A program made the translations under genes and the position numbers. The notes beneath the pieces are model-generated. The model was not told where the DNA came from. It saw only the letters and a list, made by a program, of their open reading frames with translations, and did no database searches. Below, one piece after another: positions 32,015 to 44,405 of a DNA stretch of 64,000 nt (the stretch's first letter is position 1; every line of letters begins with the position of its first letter). Origin of the DNA: Albugo candida (taxonomy: Eukaryota); contig JBDOQK010000018.1 in NCBI GenBank assembly GCA_040437565.1, forward strand, positions 1 to 64,000, written 5' to 3'.

Positions 32015-33316
32015 TACACAGACGCGTAAATGCTCTCGCGTCTGTGGTTGACGCTCGGACTCGCGACCGGCCTCGACGTTTTCGAGTGCAGTGATCTGCC
32101 ACAAATTAGACGATACTTGATCTGATTTGCAAAAATTTTCAGAAGTGTCGGAGTTGAAATAGTCCACAGCACAATTGGAAGTAGGTGAGAGAAGAGGAGT
32201 GATGTACTTGTTGATAATTGATCCCCCAATGATTGCTTACTCGGTTGCGCTTCCTCGTGTATGTGGAAGTGATAGCGCACAGAAGTTTGAGTACCAGAGT
32301 GAATGCAGCGACTTTGAATTGCGCAGTGATACTGATCTGATAATGTGATCTGAATTGATTTGTATTGGAACGAAACTTGTACTGCGATCAGTTGATATGA
32401 AAGTTTTAAATGAATTGGATCGGTATTGTGTAAACAATTGATCAGATTTGCAAAACCGATCGAATGAGTCGATCTAACGTGAGATTGGAGTAAATTGGCT
32501 GTTTTATTCAGTACGCTTTGCGCGAAAATGATGAAATTGGGAAATGATAAAAACAAAAAACCTGCTTTGGAAAAAGAATGTTGGTCGAAGGGAGAGATAT
32601 TCGCCTCTCGGGACGTTTTAGGGTAAAGTATACGTATTAGTATACTAGTGTTGCTTTGTCGGTAAATTGATATTTTCCTCTCCAAGATAGGAGGGTCACC
32701 GAGCTGTTTTAAAACTGGCCTGGTTTGGTTGGTGGGTAGTGGGTGCGATACTGAAAAATTGATTTTGGGAAAAGAGAAAGATTTTGGCTTTCTGGGAAGC
32801 GCTTAGGGTAAAACGTTTTGGAGTGATTACACTTGCTCAAGTGTCGGTGCACTGTCATACTGTATAGCTTGATATCTGCAATAACTTATTTCAAAGCCCT
32901 AACCGTCCCATTGTCCGAAAAACCTAATGTGGAGTAATGCATGTGTGTATACTTACAAGTTACTTCTTTCATGTGTGCGGTCTGAGGTTTTATCTGTAAG
33001 GGGTCCTTATAATATCCCGCAGGCTATGAATTGCCACAGCTAGACTCGATCCGTCATAACAGCAAAAGTGAAGTTGCATTCCAAGCTGTCCGATCGCATT
33101 ATTCAATTAAATTTTGTGCAGTCGACTGGTTGTGATTACGGAGCATAGAGCGAGATATCTGACATAAAAGATGTGTGTCGACTAAAATTCTTTTCTACAA
33201 TGCAAAAGGAAGAATAGTTAACGAATACTTTCTTACCATCAAACATGCGTCGAGTAGCCAAACTCAAATTCTACGATACGCCTTTAAGTTTGGACCTCTG
33301 GAGTAATTTGCGTTAG

Positions 33317-36300
33317 AAGCATCTCAAAAGAAGATATTTTTGAAGCTCGGCCGTTACACAAAACGGTTTGCCGAGTTCAAGATGAGAGCATACGACACAC
33401 CGCACACTTTACACATAAAAGTGAGATTAAAAACGAGATGGATAAGAAAAAAAAACGAAATTTCCAGCTTTCCACCAAATGTGATAAATCATTATCCACA
33501 CCTCCATTCTACAGTGGCAATAACGAAAGTCAGCACATTAGTAATGAGGTACAAGAAGTAACCAACATGTTCCTTTGCGCTCGCTAACAACATATTTTAT
33601 AGAGCCTTCCTCCATTAAATTACACACAGCAATTAAATGAGGAGCACGAACCCGAGTCGCAAAGTCTTGAGAGATTGGAGACATTTAGGTATGCTAAGTA
33701 TCATGTGACCTAATCTCTCGAATTGAGGAAATTAGTGCATCGCATTTTTATTGTAGATCAACAAGATCAGACTCACAGTCAACACATTCAAAGAATGGAA
33801 GCATTTATGAGTACCTGGACGCTCTGGAGCAAGAATCAGAATCAGGAACTCATTTTTGCTCGCCCACATCAACAGCTTCTTTCGGTTCAAAGAAGTCTTA
33901 TCGACCCAGTAGCTACGCTTGGGGCGATAAAAGATTTAGCTGGAAAGAAGGCTTCAATCATGCGTCTTCAGCTGCCACTCGCAATGAAGATAATCAAGAA
34001 TACACTCCGAATGAAAATCGTGGCCTAAAAGAGAAACTAATTGCACTCACAGTTGAGCTCCAGGTGAGTGGCAGATTGAATCAATTCATGTTGCTTGAGG
34101 AAGTAAAATTGCTGCGTTGCTCAGGATAAAGCAAAAACCGTCGATCTTTTGAAGGCTAAACGCAAAAAAGACGATGCGAGGTGGAAACAAAATGCACAAC
34201 TCGTTGAAGCAGAGGCAAAGAAGCAGATTCAGTTGCAAAAACAGCATTTTGAGAAAGAGATTGAAAAGCATTTGGATTTCACCCAGCAAGTAGTGCAAGA
34301 CAAGGCAAAGCGTGCATCTGTACAATATGTCAGTCTTTTTCCTTATGTCCCTGCTACAGGCAAACCTTATGAGGCGATGCGATGATCTTCTTGCTGAGTT
34401 GCAAAAGCAAAGAGCGCATAACGCACGAGAAACCGAACGCTACAAGCTGCAATTCAAAAGCGCTAAACAGCAATGGTCAGCTCAGGAGAAAGTGAAAAGA
34501 GAAGAGTGGGTGAGTAATATACCAAATGTAAGCTTACAGGATGTAAACCGTCATTTTGTCACATAGCTTCGGAAAAAAACAGAGGAAATTAAAAAAACAA
34601 CCGTGAAGGCACTGGAGCCTGACATTCAAGCGATTTTGGCTAAAAACAAAGATGAAATCGATAAAATTCGTGAAATGGCAGCGGTATACCAACTCCCTAC
34701 CCAAGAGTATAGTTTTCATGCTGATTGGGTATTTAACATGTATAGGAGGATCGCCGAAAATTTCAAGTGCAACTCAATAGGGAACACGCAATGACTTTGG
34801 AACGAGTCAACGAGGACTTTGAACGTCGTCTCNNNNNNNNNNNNNNNNNNNNNNNNNNNNNNNNNNNNNNNNNNNNNNNNNNNNNNNNNNNNNNNNNNNN
34901 NNNNNNNNNNNNNNNNNNNNNNNNNNNNNNNNGCGTTGCTCAGGATAAAGCAAAAACCGTCGATCTTTTGAAGGCTAAACGCAAAAAAGACGATGCGAGG
35001 TGGAAACAAAATGCACAACTCGTTGAAGCAGAGGCAAAGAAGCAGATTCAGTTGCAAAAACAGCATTTTGAGAAAGAGATTGAAAAGCATTTGGATTTCA
35101 CCCAGCAAGTAGTGCAAGACAAGGCAAAGCGTGCATCTGTACAATATGTCAGTCTTTTTCCTTATGTCCCTGCTACAGGCAAACCTTATGAGGCGATGCG
35201 ATGATCTTCTTGCTGAGTTGCAAAAGCAAAGAGCGCATAACGCACGAGAAACCGAACGCTACAAGCTGCAATTCAAAAGCGCTAAACAGCAATGGTCAGC
35301 TCAGGAGAAAGTGAAAAGAGAAGAGTGGGTGAGTAATATACCAAATGTAAGCTTACAGGATGTAAACCGTCATTTTGTCACATAGCTTCGGAAAAAAACA
35401 GAGGAAATTAAAAAAACAACCGTGAAGGCACTGGAGCCTGACATTCAAGCGATTTTGGCTAAAAACAAAGATGAAATCGATAAAATTCGTGAAATGGCAG
35501 CGGTATACCAACTCCCTACCCAAGAGTATAGTTTTCATGCTGATTGGGTATTTAACATGTATAGGAGGATCGCCGAAAATTTCAAGTGCAACTCAATAGG
35601 GAACACGCAATGACTTTGGAACGAGTCAACGAGGACTTTGAACGTCGTCTCACAGAATGTCGAGACAAAGAGCACGCAAAGCTGGTTTCTAGACTCGATA
35701 GCGCAGAGGTCGAGTTACAACAGCAATTGAGTAAACAACGTCGTCGAATACAAGAGGAAGCGGAAGCTGCAAGAAACGTGCTCCACGCGGAATTGCAAGC
35801 AACGAATTCGCGTCATGCCCAGGAAATACAATCACTCAAAACCCAATACGCGATGAAGATTGACCAATTGATTGAAAAACACCAATCGGAAAAGAAAGAT
35901 TGGTATCGTAAACACGACGTTAATGTTACAATGTATCAAGAACAGAATCAGAAAGAATTGGACGATTGTAAGGAAGCGCTTCGTCGCAAAGTTGAACTTC
36001 AATTCGAAATTGAAAAACGCAAACTGGACCAACAGATGAAAGAATCGCGCGATGCCAAAATTCAAGTCGTCATCGACAAACTTCAGCAGGAATGTCGTGG
36101 GATGGTACATGTGGCAGAGGAGAAGGCTCATGAAAAATGGGAAAGTGAACGGAAAGAATACGAACAACGATTACGTCATACGGCTGAAATTGAAAATGTG
36201 TGGATGGAGAAAACCCGGTCACTGCAAGAAAAGTGCTCGTCATTACAACTCGAGAGGGAGCAATTTATCTTACAGAATTCCTCGTTGGCTCAGGAGGTTG

Positions 36301-36686
36301 ATAAAGGAAGGGAAAAAACGGCAGAGTTGGCACGATTCTTGCAGGAAGAAAAGGAAACGCATAAGCGAGAGGTAGAGGAATTGAAAGGTAAATTGAATGA
36401 GACAATTCAAACACAGCAGGAAATGGAAAGGAAATACCAACAAGGAGCTGAATTGAGGCAGCAGCAAATTACCAATTTGACCGAATCACAGACGAAGCAA
36501 CTGCAAGTAATAGAGAGAAAACACCAAGAGGAAATGGACAGTCTTCACTCACGAGTGCGAACGACTATGAGTCGTAAAGACCAGATTATTAGTGAGTTGC
36601 AAGAGCAACTGCATTTAAGTGACGTGAAGTTGGATAAGAGCCAGGCGTTGATCGAGGAGCAACGTGCGCAAATTTTTGAAGATTAG
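33317..36686 (+). CDS. CEP131: Centrosomal protein CEP131/AZI1-like (multi-exon; 5' end uncertain; part duplicated across gap)
   Basis: KHLDFTQQVVQDK, EKVKREEW.RKKTEEIKKTTVKALEPDIQAIL, RDAKIQVVIDKL, LHSRVRTTMSRKDQIISEL. Confidence 0.8.
34114..35651. repeat. Gap-flank direct duplication 34114-34832 / 34933-35651
   Basis: 719 nt including introns repeated inside CEP131. Confidence 0.9.
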
Positions 36687-36868
36687 CGTTCGAGTGTATG
36701 AATGTAAAAATGTATGTGATATTGACTATTTTTGAATAGTTTGTAGCACGGTGTACAGTGAAAGACGGTATTACAGCAACCCACTAGGAAGGAAAGACAA
36801 TTTGGCATTCTTGACGAACTTCTCTGATGCGGACTTGACATTCTTGACACTGTTTCGTTCGGGGACGG

Positions 36869-37267
36869 CTACTTTTTTGAAGCCTTGGTCGTTTTTCTTT
36901 TCTTGGCGACTGATTTGACTTTTTTAATCTTAAGCAAACTCGGTTTCTTCGCTAGGGGTTTTTTCTTTTTTGACGGTTTGGTCACTTCCGCGGATTTCAC
37001 TTTAACTTTGACTGTTTTAATACGATCCTTGTTTTCCGCAGTGGCTAGTTTGAAAGATCCCTTGACAGGAACCAATTTTCCATTTTCGACTCCCTTTTTT
37101 AGCGCGAGATTCAGTCGAGAACGCGAGTAGTTGTCGCCTTTCTTTGTAGAAACATACTTATCGATAGCTTGTCTGGACAAGCCCGATTTATCATTGATCA
37201 TCAGTACCGCTTCCTTGATCAGATCATAGTATCCTGGGCCGGAGATTCCTTTTTTAGCGCTCGTCAT
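36869..37267 (-). CDS. Linker histone H1
   Basis: Winged helix YYDLIKEAV...GLSRQAIDKYV...ALKKGVENGKLVPVKGSFKL plus Lys-rich tail; first convincing ATG 37267. Confidence 0.93.
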   Translation of the reverse strand: MTSAKKGISGPGYYDLIKEAVLMINDKSGLSRQAIDKYVSTKKGDNYSRSRLNLALKKGVENGKLVPVKGSFKLATAENKDRIKTVKVKVKSAEVTKPSKKKKPLAKKPSLLKIKKVKSVAKKRKTTKASKK

Positions 37268-37499
37268 GACTCTTGTGTAGGGTGCAAGAGTATAAATGGA
37301 AAGAACTCTCCTCCGGGGAGTATTACACGATAACGTCGGTGATTGGTGCAAAATATGAAAGAGAAGAAGGAAACATAAATGGCCAATGCTATTGTACAAA
37401 ATAACAAAGAGCGGTGCTGATTGGCGGAAACGACCTCACAATTGTGTTGGTGATCGAAACTGCGCCATTTCACTAGGTTCGGATAGTCAGTGGAGCAGT
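37268..37499. promoter_or_regulatory. Bidirectional promoter (H1 / aspartate aminotransferase) with three CCAAT boxes
   Basis: 232 nt between divergent ATGs; ATTGG 37342-37346, CCAAT 37383-37387, ATTGG 37420-37424. Confidence 0.55.
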
Positions 37500-39217
37500 A
37501 TGAACGCAGCACACTTCAAGTCGTTACGCACAACAACACATCAAATCAGTCGATGTGTGCAATCAAGTGCAAGTAGCAAATGGCTGGAGAACATACCCAT
37601 GGGCCCGCCCGATGCAATCTTGGGCTTGACGGAGCGATTCAATCAGGTTACTGCGAGCTTTAGTTCATATTTTCGACATATTTTACAAAACTTATGTTTA
37701 GGATACATTTCCACAAAAAGCATCACTCGGTGTTGGCGCTTATCGTGACGATAATGGAAAGGTACTTGCGCTTCCCTTACTCACAGAAGCAAACCTAAAC
37801 TGCAGAAATACAGCCTTATGTGCTTCCATCCGTCTTGGAAGCGGAAAAGAGATTGATGCAAGCAAAAACGAACAAGGAGTATGCGGGAATTGCAGGAATC
37901 AAAGAATTTGTTCAATTGTCTCTCCAATTTGCTTATGGGAAAGAATCTGTACCGCTTGCTGAAAAACGGGTGGCAGGTGTTCAGGTATATCCTATCATAT
38001 ACGTACTGTGTCCTGTAAAAGTGTAACATTGCGTGGTAGACTATATCCGGGACCGGTGGGTGCCGTCTTGCAGGTGACTTTTTTGTCCGATTTCTTGGAC
38101 GTGACACACCAATTTACCTACCGAACCCGACTTGGGTGAATCATCACGCTATCATGAAAGNNNNNNNNNNNNNNNNNNNNNNNNNNNNNNNNNNNNNNNN
38201 NNNNNNNNNNNNNNNNNNNNNNNNNNNNNNNNNNNNNNNNNNNNNNNNNNNNNNNNNNNNCGTTTATTAAGTTCGCTCTCTCGCCTGTACAAATTTATCG
38301 TTGTATTACCGTAGGACGCCGGCCTTCGAGTCTTGAATTACGCGTATTATGAACCTGCCTCACGAGGACTTGCATATGACGCGCTTCTGAGCGACTTACA
38401 AGGCGCACCTGATGGCTCCATCTTTCTTCTGCACGCGTGTGCTCATAACCCGACGGGCGTGGATCCGAACATGGATCAATGGAAAGAAATCTCTCGTGTC
38501 ATGAAGGCCAAGCAACACATCCCCTTTTTTGACTGCGCCTATCAAGTAAGCAGAATTGGAAATAGTTTATGGAACTCATATAATGCATTTATTCCAGGGA
38601 TTTGCTTCCGGAGACGCAGACAGAGATGCAGCAGCTTTCCGTCATGTATGCAGACTTCATTTCTTATCACCTGCAACAACTAATATATATGCTAGTTCGT
38701 GGATGAAGGACACAATGTCGTACTTAGTCAATCGTACGCAAAAAACTTTGGACTTTATGGAGAGCGTGTCGGCGCGTTAAGTTTCGTGACCAAAGATGAA
38801 GAAGAGAAACAACGCGTGGAATCTCAGCTCAAAATTCTCATTCGTCCATTGTATTCAAACCCACCGATTCACGGCGCTCTGATTGTCTCTACCATCTTAT
38901 CGGATGCAGACCTTCGAAAGCAGTGGTATGAAGAATGCAGAGGCATGGCGGACCGAATTATCTCTATGCGTAAAATCCTTCGGTCTGAGCTTGAATGTAT
39001 CGATAAGCAACATGGACTCGTTTCGGACTGGCATCATATCACGGATCAGATCGGAATGTTTTGCTACACTGGATTGACGCAAACGCAAGTCGAACGCATG
39101 ATCGAGAAGCATCACATCTATCTCGCTAAAGATGGACGCATCAGTATGGCTGGAGTCACCACCAAAAACGTGCGATATCTAGCTGAAAGTATGGCTGAAT
39201 CTGCTCAAAACGCATGA
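37500..39217 (+). CDS. GOT2: Mitochondrial aspartate aminotransferase (multi-exon)
   Basis: Presequence; [68 protein letters not shown] (PLP Lys), DGRISMAG. Confidence 0.96.
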
Positions 39218-39286
39218 TCACGACTCGATTCGAAACTTAACTAGCGTCAATACAAGTCTATTCTATACAACCGACGATGTCTCTTA

Positions 39287-40114
39287 TCACGCGTTTGGAC
39301 AATCGCTCGCCGTAACACACTTTTCGCGTTTGACGAATCGACCTCGGATGCGAGGACATGCATTTGCCAATCTTTTTCGACAATCGTACTTGACTGTCTT
39401 ATGGTATACTCGATGCTTACGCTTTTCACGAAAGCGCTGAATCCTCTTAATGCGAGCTTCTGGTGAGTATGCGCCAATCTGTCGATCCGTTCGGACCCAT
39501 TTTTCCAACAGTACGAAAGGTTTGGTTGATTGCTGCACAAGTTCTGAGGCAATAGAAGCCTCCAATCTCTCGCTCGCTTCGATTTTATCAGTGGAAAGCA
39601 TAGAAGCGTTAGACTCCACGCTTTCATCCAAGCATAAACTTGACTCGGAATTGCACTGAGGCTGTCCCAAAATGGAATCGAGCTCGAAAATATCGTCAAA
39701 GAATGCCAGATCGGCTTGATCGAGCTGCAGATCTCCATGAATCGAGTCTGTGGATCCTTGCTGCTCTATTGTATCGCCATTCGAATGCGAAGTCAAAGAA
39801 ATGTCAACTTTACTGCTTCCGAGTACTTTATCCTCAACATTCCTGCTTTCGTGAGTATGAGGTACTTTGGTCTTTCGGAGCTTGAGGTCTTCTGAAGAAA
39901 TTATTCGTTTTGGAGTAAATGTATGCGATCGAAATGCAAAAGCGTTGTGAAAATATGGATGCAATTCATTCATTTGTCGTCTCATGTCAACAATGCTCAA
40001 TGGATGACAAGATAGCGCGACTACTGGAAGCGATTCCAAAGCCATTTGACTCGGAATCGCGCGATTATACAATGACGCAGAAGACAAACCAACTTTTCCA
40101 TCGCGTTTAGACAT
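39287..40114 (-). CDS. CCT-domain (CONSTANS/TOC1-type) protein
   Basis: IGAYSPEARIKRIQRFREKRKHRVYHKTVKYDCRKRLANACPRIRGRFVKR. Confidence 0.9.
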   Translation of the reverse strand: MSKRDGKVGLSSASLYNRAIPSQMALESLPVVALSCHPLSIVDMRRQMNELHPYFHNAFAFRSHTFTPKRIISSEDLKLRKTKVPHTHESRNVEDKVLGSSKVDISLTSHSNGDTIEQQGSTDSIHGDLQLDQADLAFFDDIFELDSILGQPQCNSESSLCLDESVESNASMLSTDKIEASERLEASIASELVQQSTKPFVLLEKWVRTDRQIGAYSPEARIKRIQRFREKRKHRVYHKTVKYDCRKRLANACPRIRGRFVKREKCVTASDCPNA

Positions 40115-40266
40115 ACTTCCAAAAGCAAGCGTCGCGTTCGATAGATCAGAAGCGACTGGTTATGAACGCAATAGATATTGGCCAGCGGTTGAAGCGATGC
40201 AAATACATTCGATTTGCATTATGTTTTCAAAGTGACCTTTTAAGATCGCTTACACTTGCTATTTGG

Positions 40267-41184
40267 ATGATCTATACTGAATTCAAATACTTTATCCTTT
40301 GGATCGCGCGATTACAATTGTGGCACGTGCGCTCACAATGGCGACGACGCTGCTGTGTTCCAACAGAGTCTCTTCCTTTGACGCATACTGAGCGCTCGAT
40401 AAAAGCTCAGAAAGTAGCACTTTTACTTCCTCCTGCTGCTCGATGAGAACCGGTAAAACGCTTGCCAGAAACTCTGCGTCCACTTGAATTTGCTGGAAGC
40501 CGTGCACAGACAGAGTACTCGCTCGTGTCCATTCACTCAGAGCTTTGATCACCATTTTCGATACAAATTGGAGCATCCATTCGGTCGAAATTTGACGTAT
40601 CGAATGCGTCGGATACACTTGAATGCGTTTTTCGAGGATCCGCTTTACATTGTCGTGGATGCTAGTCGAGTCCAANNNNNNNNNNNNNNNNNNNNNNNNN
40701 NNNNNNNNNNNNNNNNNNNNNNNNNNNNNNNNNNNNNNNNNNNNNNNNNNNNNNNNNNNNNNNNNNNNNNNNNNNATGATCTATACTGAATTCAAATACT
40801 TTATCCTTTGGATCGCGCGATTACAATTGTGGCACGTGCGCTCACAATGGCGACGACGCTGCTGTGTTCCAACAGAGTCTCTTCCTTTGACGCATACTGA
40901 GCGCTCGATAAAAGCTCAGAAAGTAGCACTTTTACTTCCTCCTGCTGCTCGATGAGAACCGGTAAAACGCTTGCCAGAAACTCTGCGTCCACTTGAATTT
41001 GCTGGAAGCCGTGCACAGACAGAGTACTCGCTCGTGTCCATTCACTCAGAGCTTTGATCACCATTTTCGATACAAATTGGAGCATCCATTCGGTCGAAAT
41101 TTGACGTATCGAATGCGTCGGATACACTTGAATGCGTTTTTCGAGGATCCGCTTTACATTGTCGTGGATGCTAGTCGAGTCCAA
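40267..41184. repeat. Gap-flank direct duplication 40267-40675 / 40776-41184
   Basis: 409 nt repeated, covering the Vps51 3' end. Confidence 0.9.
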
Positions 41185-43816
41185 TGCGTGTAGAGAACGC
41201 AAAGGTTCAATTCTTTGATGTCGCGTGTCGTAATTTGATAATCGAAAACCACTCGCTACGTTGGATGCAAAATAACAGTCTCTTTCACCCAAAATGCACG
41301 AGATATCTTTTCCGATTCGAAAGAGCCCGATGACCACTTGCTCAATGGAATCTTGGACCGATCGAGGTTCGTCTTCCAAATGACTCGCCCAACTAAAGTG
41401 TGATGTAACGAGTTGAGCATAAATTATCGAACAAAGCTCTGTGCCGTATCGCTTGGCGACGAAATGGAAAAGCTCATTGCCAGTGCTTTCGGTAATATGA
41501 ATGATACTTGTGATGTCAACTGTATTGCGTTTTGACTCGTGCAAAGTGTTGGAGTGAACGGATCGATTCACTGGAAGACATTCGATCAGATTGTGGATAC
41601 ACTCGGAAATTCCATTTTCCGCAAAATGACAGCAGACTTGAGCGAGTAGGAGCAAGAAACCTGACGAGATCGGTTCCAAAGGATCCATTCGCAGTTTGCT
41701 TGTCACTGGCAATGTCGGATCTGTGTATCGAACAAGTTCCGTGTTGAACCATTTCAGACAGCTGAACATTTGCATCTGCACCAAGTTGGAAATGCTTTCA
41801 GCGAGATCTTTTAGAACGATTGCACAATATTGGATAAAAGGATCCATTTGGTGAAGAACTTGCTGGACTTTGTTTGTCAAGTTTTTCGAGAGCTTTTCTG
41901 AAGCCAAAGGAATGACAGTCGATTTCCCGAGATCTTGCAAGGCAGCTGTATGGGCTTCACGTACTAATTCCATCATATATTGCTTGATAGCGACAAGGAA
42001 CAGCTCGATCTGATGTGCGATGCAATTCTCAACAACAGTGTTGGCTTTCGATTGTGCACGCAGTAAAGGCCACAGAGTGTCTAATGCTTTCATATTGTCT
42101 AAAAACGCCTTCAACACGTACATCAGCACGAGATACTCTTTTGTGCCTGCAATATCGATCTGACTAAACGTGCTCTTTTGTATCTCTTCCATCTCATTTT
42201 CGTCCAAATCGACGAGGGATCCCTTTCATAGACAGAGAGCCATTGAAATTCAGCATTGAGATCATAACAAAGTCTTACAAAATCAGACGCTGCTTGCTGG
42301 AACATATTGCCAATTGTATCGATATACTTTTCCAACACCTCGCGAGCAAATGCTATAAACACTTCATCTTGCGTCTTTTCTGTCTTTTTCTTTGGAGATT
42401 CATCCAACTGGGGGTCGAGAAATTTTGCTGTGTAAATCGTTAGCACTTTTTGGAAGCTGGTAAGAACGTTTTCATTCAGTCGGCGAATTCTGAGAAGCAC
42501 AGGCACAGGGTCCTGATATGCCCATTATGATGTCAGCCACATGATATTGGATCCGCGTGGAATGGACGTACTGATGAAAACTGATTCAATTGTGCGTCGA
42601 AATAACTCTGATGCCACTCTAAAAATTGGTGTCGTTCCGTGTCCGAGCAGCATTTGAGAGTGCGGAGAGATATAAGCGCTGAGCAAATCTGTTGGGATGC
42701 GTCAGATTTTGAGCTGATTAAGAAGAAAGAACGCTTCTCAACTTGGCTCGATGAACAGGTCGGATCCGTGAGCTTAGCTTTGAGAACGACTTGTAATTCT
42801 TTCATGATCTTTTCCGAGTCATTTTGAATGGTCTGAGAAATTTGAGTGGGTTACGGGATCAGTGAAGGATCAGTTATAGGATGAATGACCTTGAATGAAG
42901 TAATATGCTCATATCGACCCAAAATGCGTCGAGCAACCAGGAAGTAGCTGATGGCGTCGTCGTAGTTTTTGTTTTTGATAGAACTATGCATATACGAAGG
43001 TTATGTAAGTATACAATAAATTGTGTCCTACAAATAATAAGCATAAGAAAGATATAAGGTTACGATTCTAGCCGTTGAGGAAGTTGGAATAGAAACTCCA
43101 ATCGCTTTAATAATCTTCGGACGCTGATTAGTTTTTCTGNNNNNNNNNNNNNNNNNNNNNNNNNNNNNNNNNNNNNNNNNNNNNNNNNNNNNNNNNNNNN
43201 NNNNNNNNNNNNNNNNNNNNNNNNNNNNNNNNNNNNNNNATATGTTTCGGAAAATGATTACGTGAGACAGGATATTGTAGGCTGAAGGAAATGCGTAAGT
43301 TTGCACCTTTATCCGATGAGGCGCCAAGGCTACGTTAATTTCTTCACTCTTTCTCGTAATGATGTCCATGCTCTTGACAACTTTTAGCACATCTTGCTCC
43401 ATGCTGGCAACATTTGCCTGACGTACCGCACTTAATAAGACAAGTGTGAAGTTCGAATGCGGTCCAAAACGTACTTTCATTTTCCGGATGGAATCTGTTG
43501 CGCTGATAAATTTGTTATAGTTTTCATACACAAGCATCTGCATGTTTGTATCCAGTGATTTTATTTCTCGTATAAGTTGGTCATCCTTTCGCAATAACTC
43601 GTTCAAATTACAGCTTCGTAACAAGCTCTGATAAACAACATTGGATAAATTCAGGCGTGCGGAGCACTTCAAGCAACATACTCGGACATAAGCATCAGAA
43701 TCGAAATGAGGAGAATTGACGTCAATACTAGATTCGCTTTTATCATTTGTCTCTTCATGTATGCCGTAGTAGTCACCCAAGATCTCTTCCATTCGCGTTA
43801 ATCCATGACTCTCCAT
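40801..43816 (-). CDS. VPS51: GARP/EARP subunit Vps51 (Ang2/fat-free), multi-exon
   Basis: DVNSPHFDSDAYV...EIKSLDTNMQMLVYENYNKFISATDSIRKMK; C-terminal IKALSEWTRASTLSVHGFQQIQVDAEFL; copy 40292-40675 is a gap-flank duplicate. Confidence 0.92.
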
Positions 43817-44405
43817 TGTGAAACGAAGGTGTTTCGAAGGTTGTAGAAGCCCATTTTGTATTCTATCAAGGCATAACCTTCAATTTCGGGTCAAGTCCTT
43901 GCTCCCTTTATTTTGCAGCTTGTCCTTTGAAATAACATTGACCAATTAGATACTTGCATCTTCATTGTCAAAGGACATGGAGCTTCTAATCAAGAAGCAT
44001 TTGTTTGTCAGCATTACTGGGCACTACGCAAGTGGTCTGAAGAACGAAATTCTTTACCCTCAGCGATATTAGCTAACGGCTATCCGCACAAATAAGCTTT
44101 GATGTTGTCTGCAACGGATTAGTTCGTCGGAGTTAAGACAGGTCTGAGGCGGAGTTCACTGCTCCGAGCACGTTCTGTATGTAGACATACTTTGAGCGTT
44201 GATGTAACAATCGCACGTTCTGCTTATTCTTTATAGAAATTCAATTGTGATCCTCAATCACTTTCGGAGTCATGACAGTCTCGATGGTACCTGAATCTGC
44301 CAAATATAAGGGAAATCTAGGTGGCTCATAATGGAACACGACACAATGATTGACTAAAAAACCTTTGGTCCTACATTATCTTTCGACTATGTTGTGTAAG
44401 GCATT

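Noticed and set aside
32014-32685. 223-aa minus-strand ORF as a separate gene
   Set aside because: TTG start, no Met, unprotein-like composition; better explained as leader sequence
34305-34360. Possible GC-AG intron in CEP131 (AAG|GCAAAG)
   Set aside because: A downstream GT donor (GTACAA) also preserves the frame, so it cannot be decided from sequence
40292-40675. Second Vps51 C-terminal ORF
   Set aside because: Gap-flank duplicate
43860-44400. Small hairpins (CGGAG..CTCCG, GTATGT..ACATAC) suggesting an ncRNA
   Set aside because: No tRNA, snRNA or snoRNA boxes identifiable; an Infernal/Rfam search would be needed
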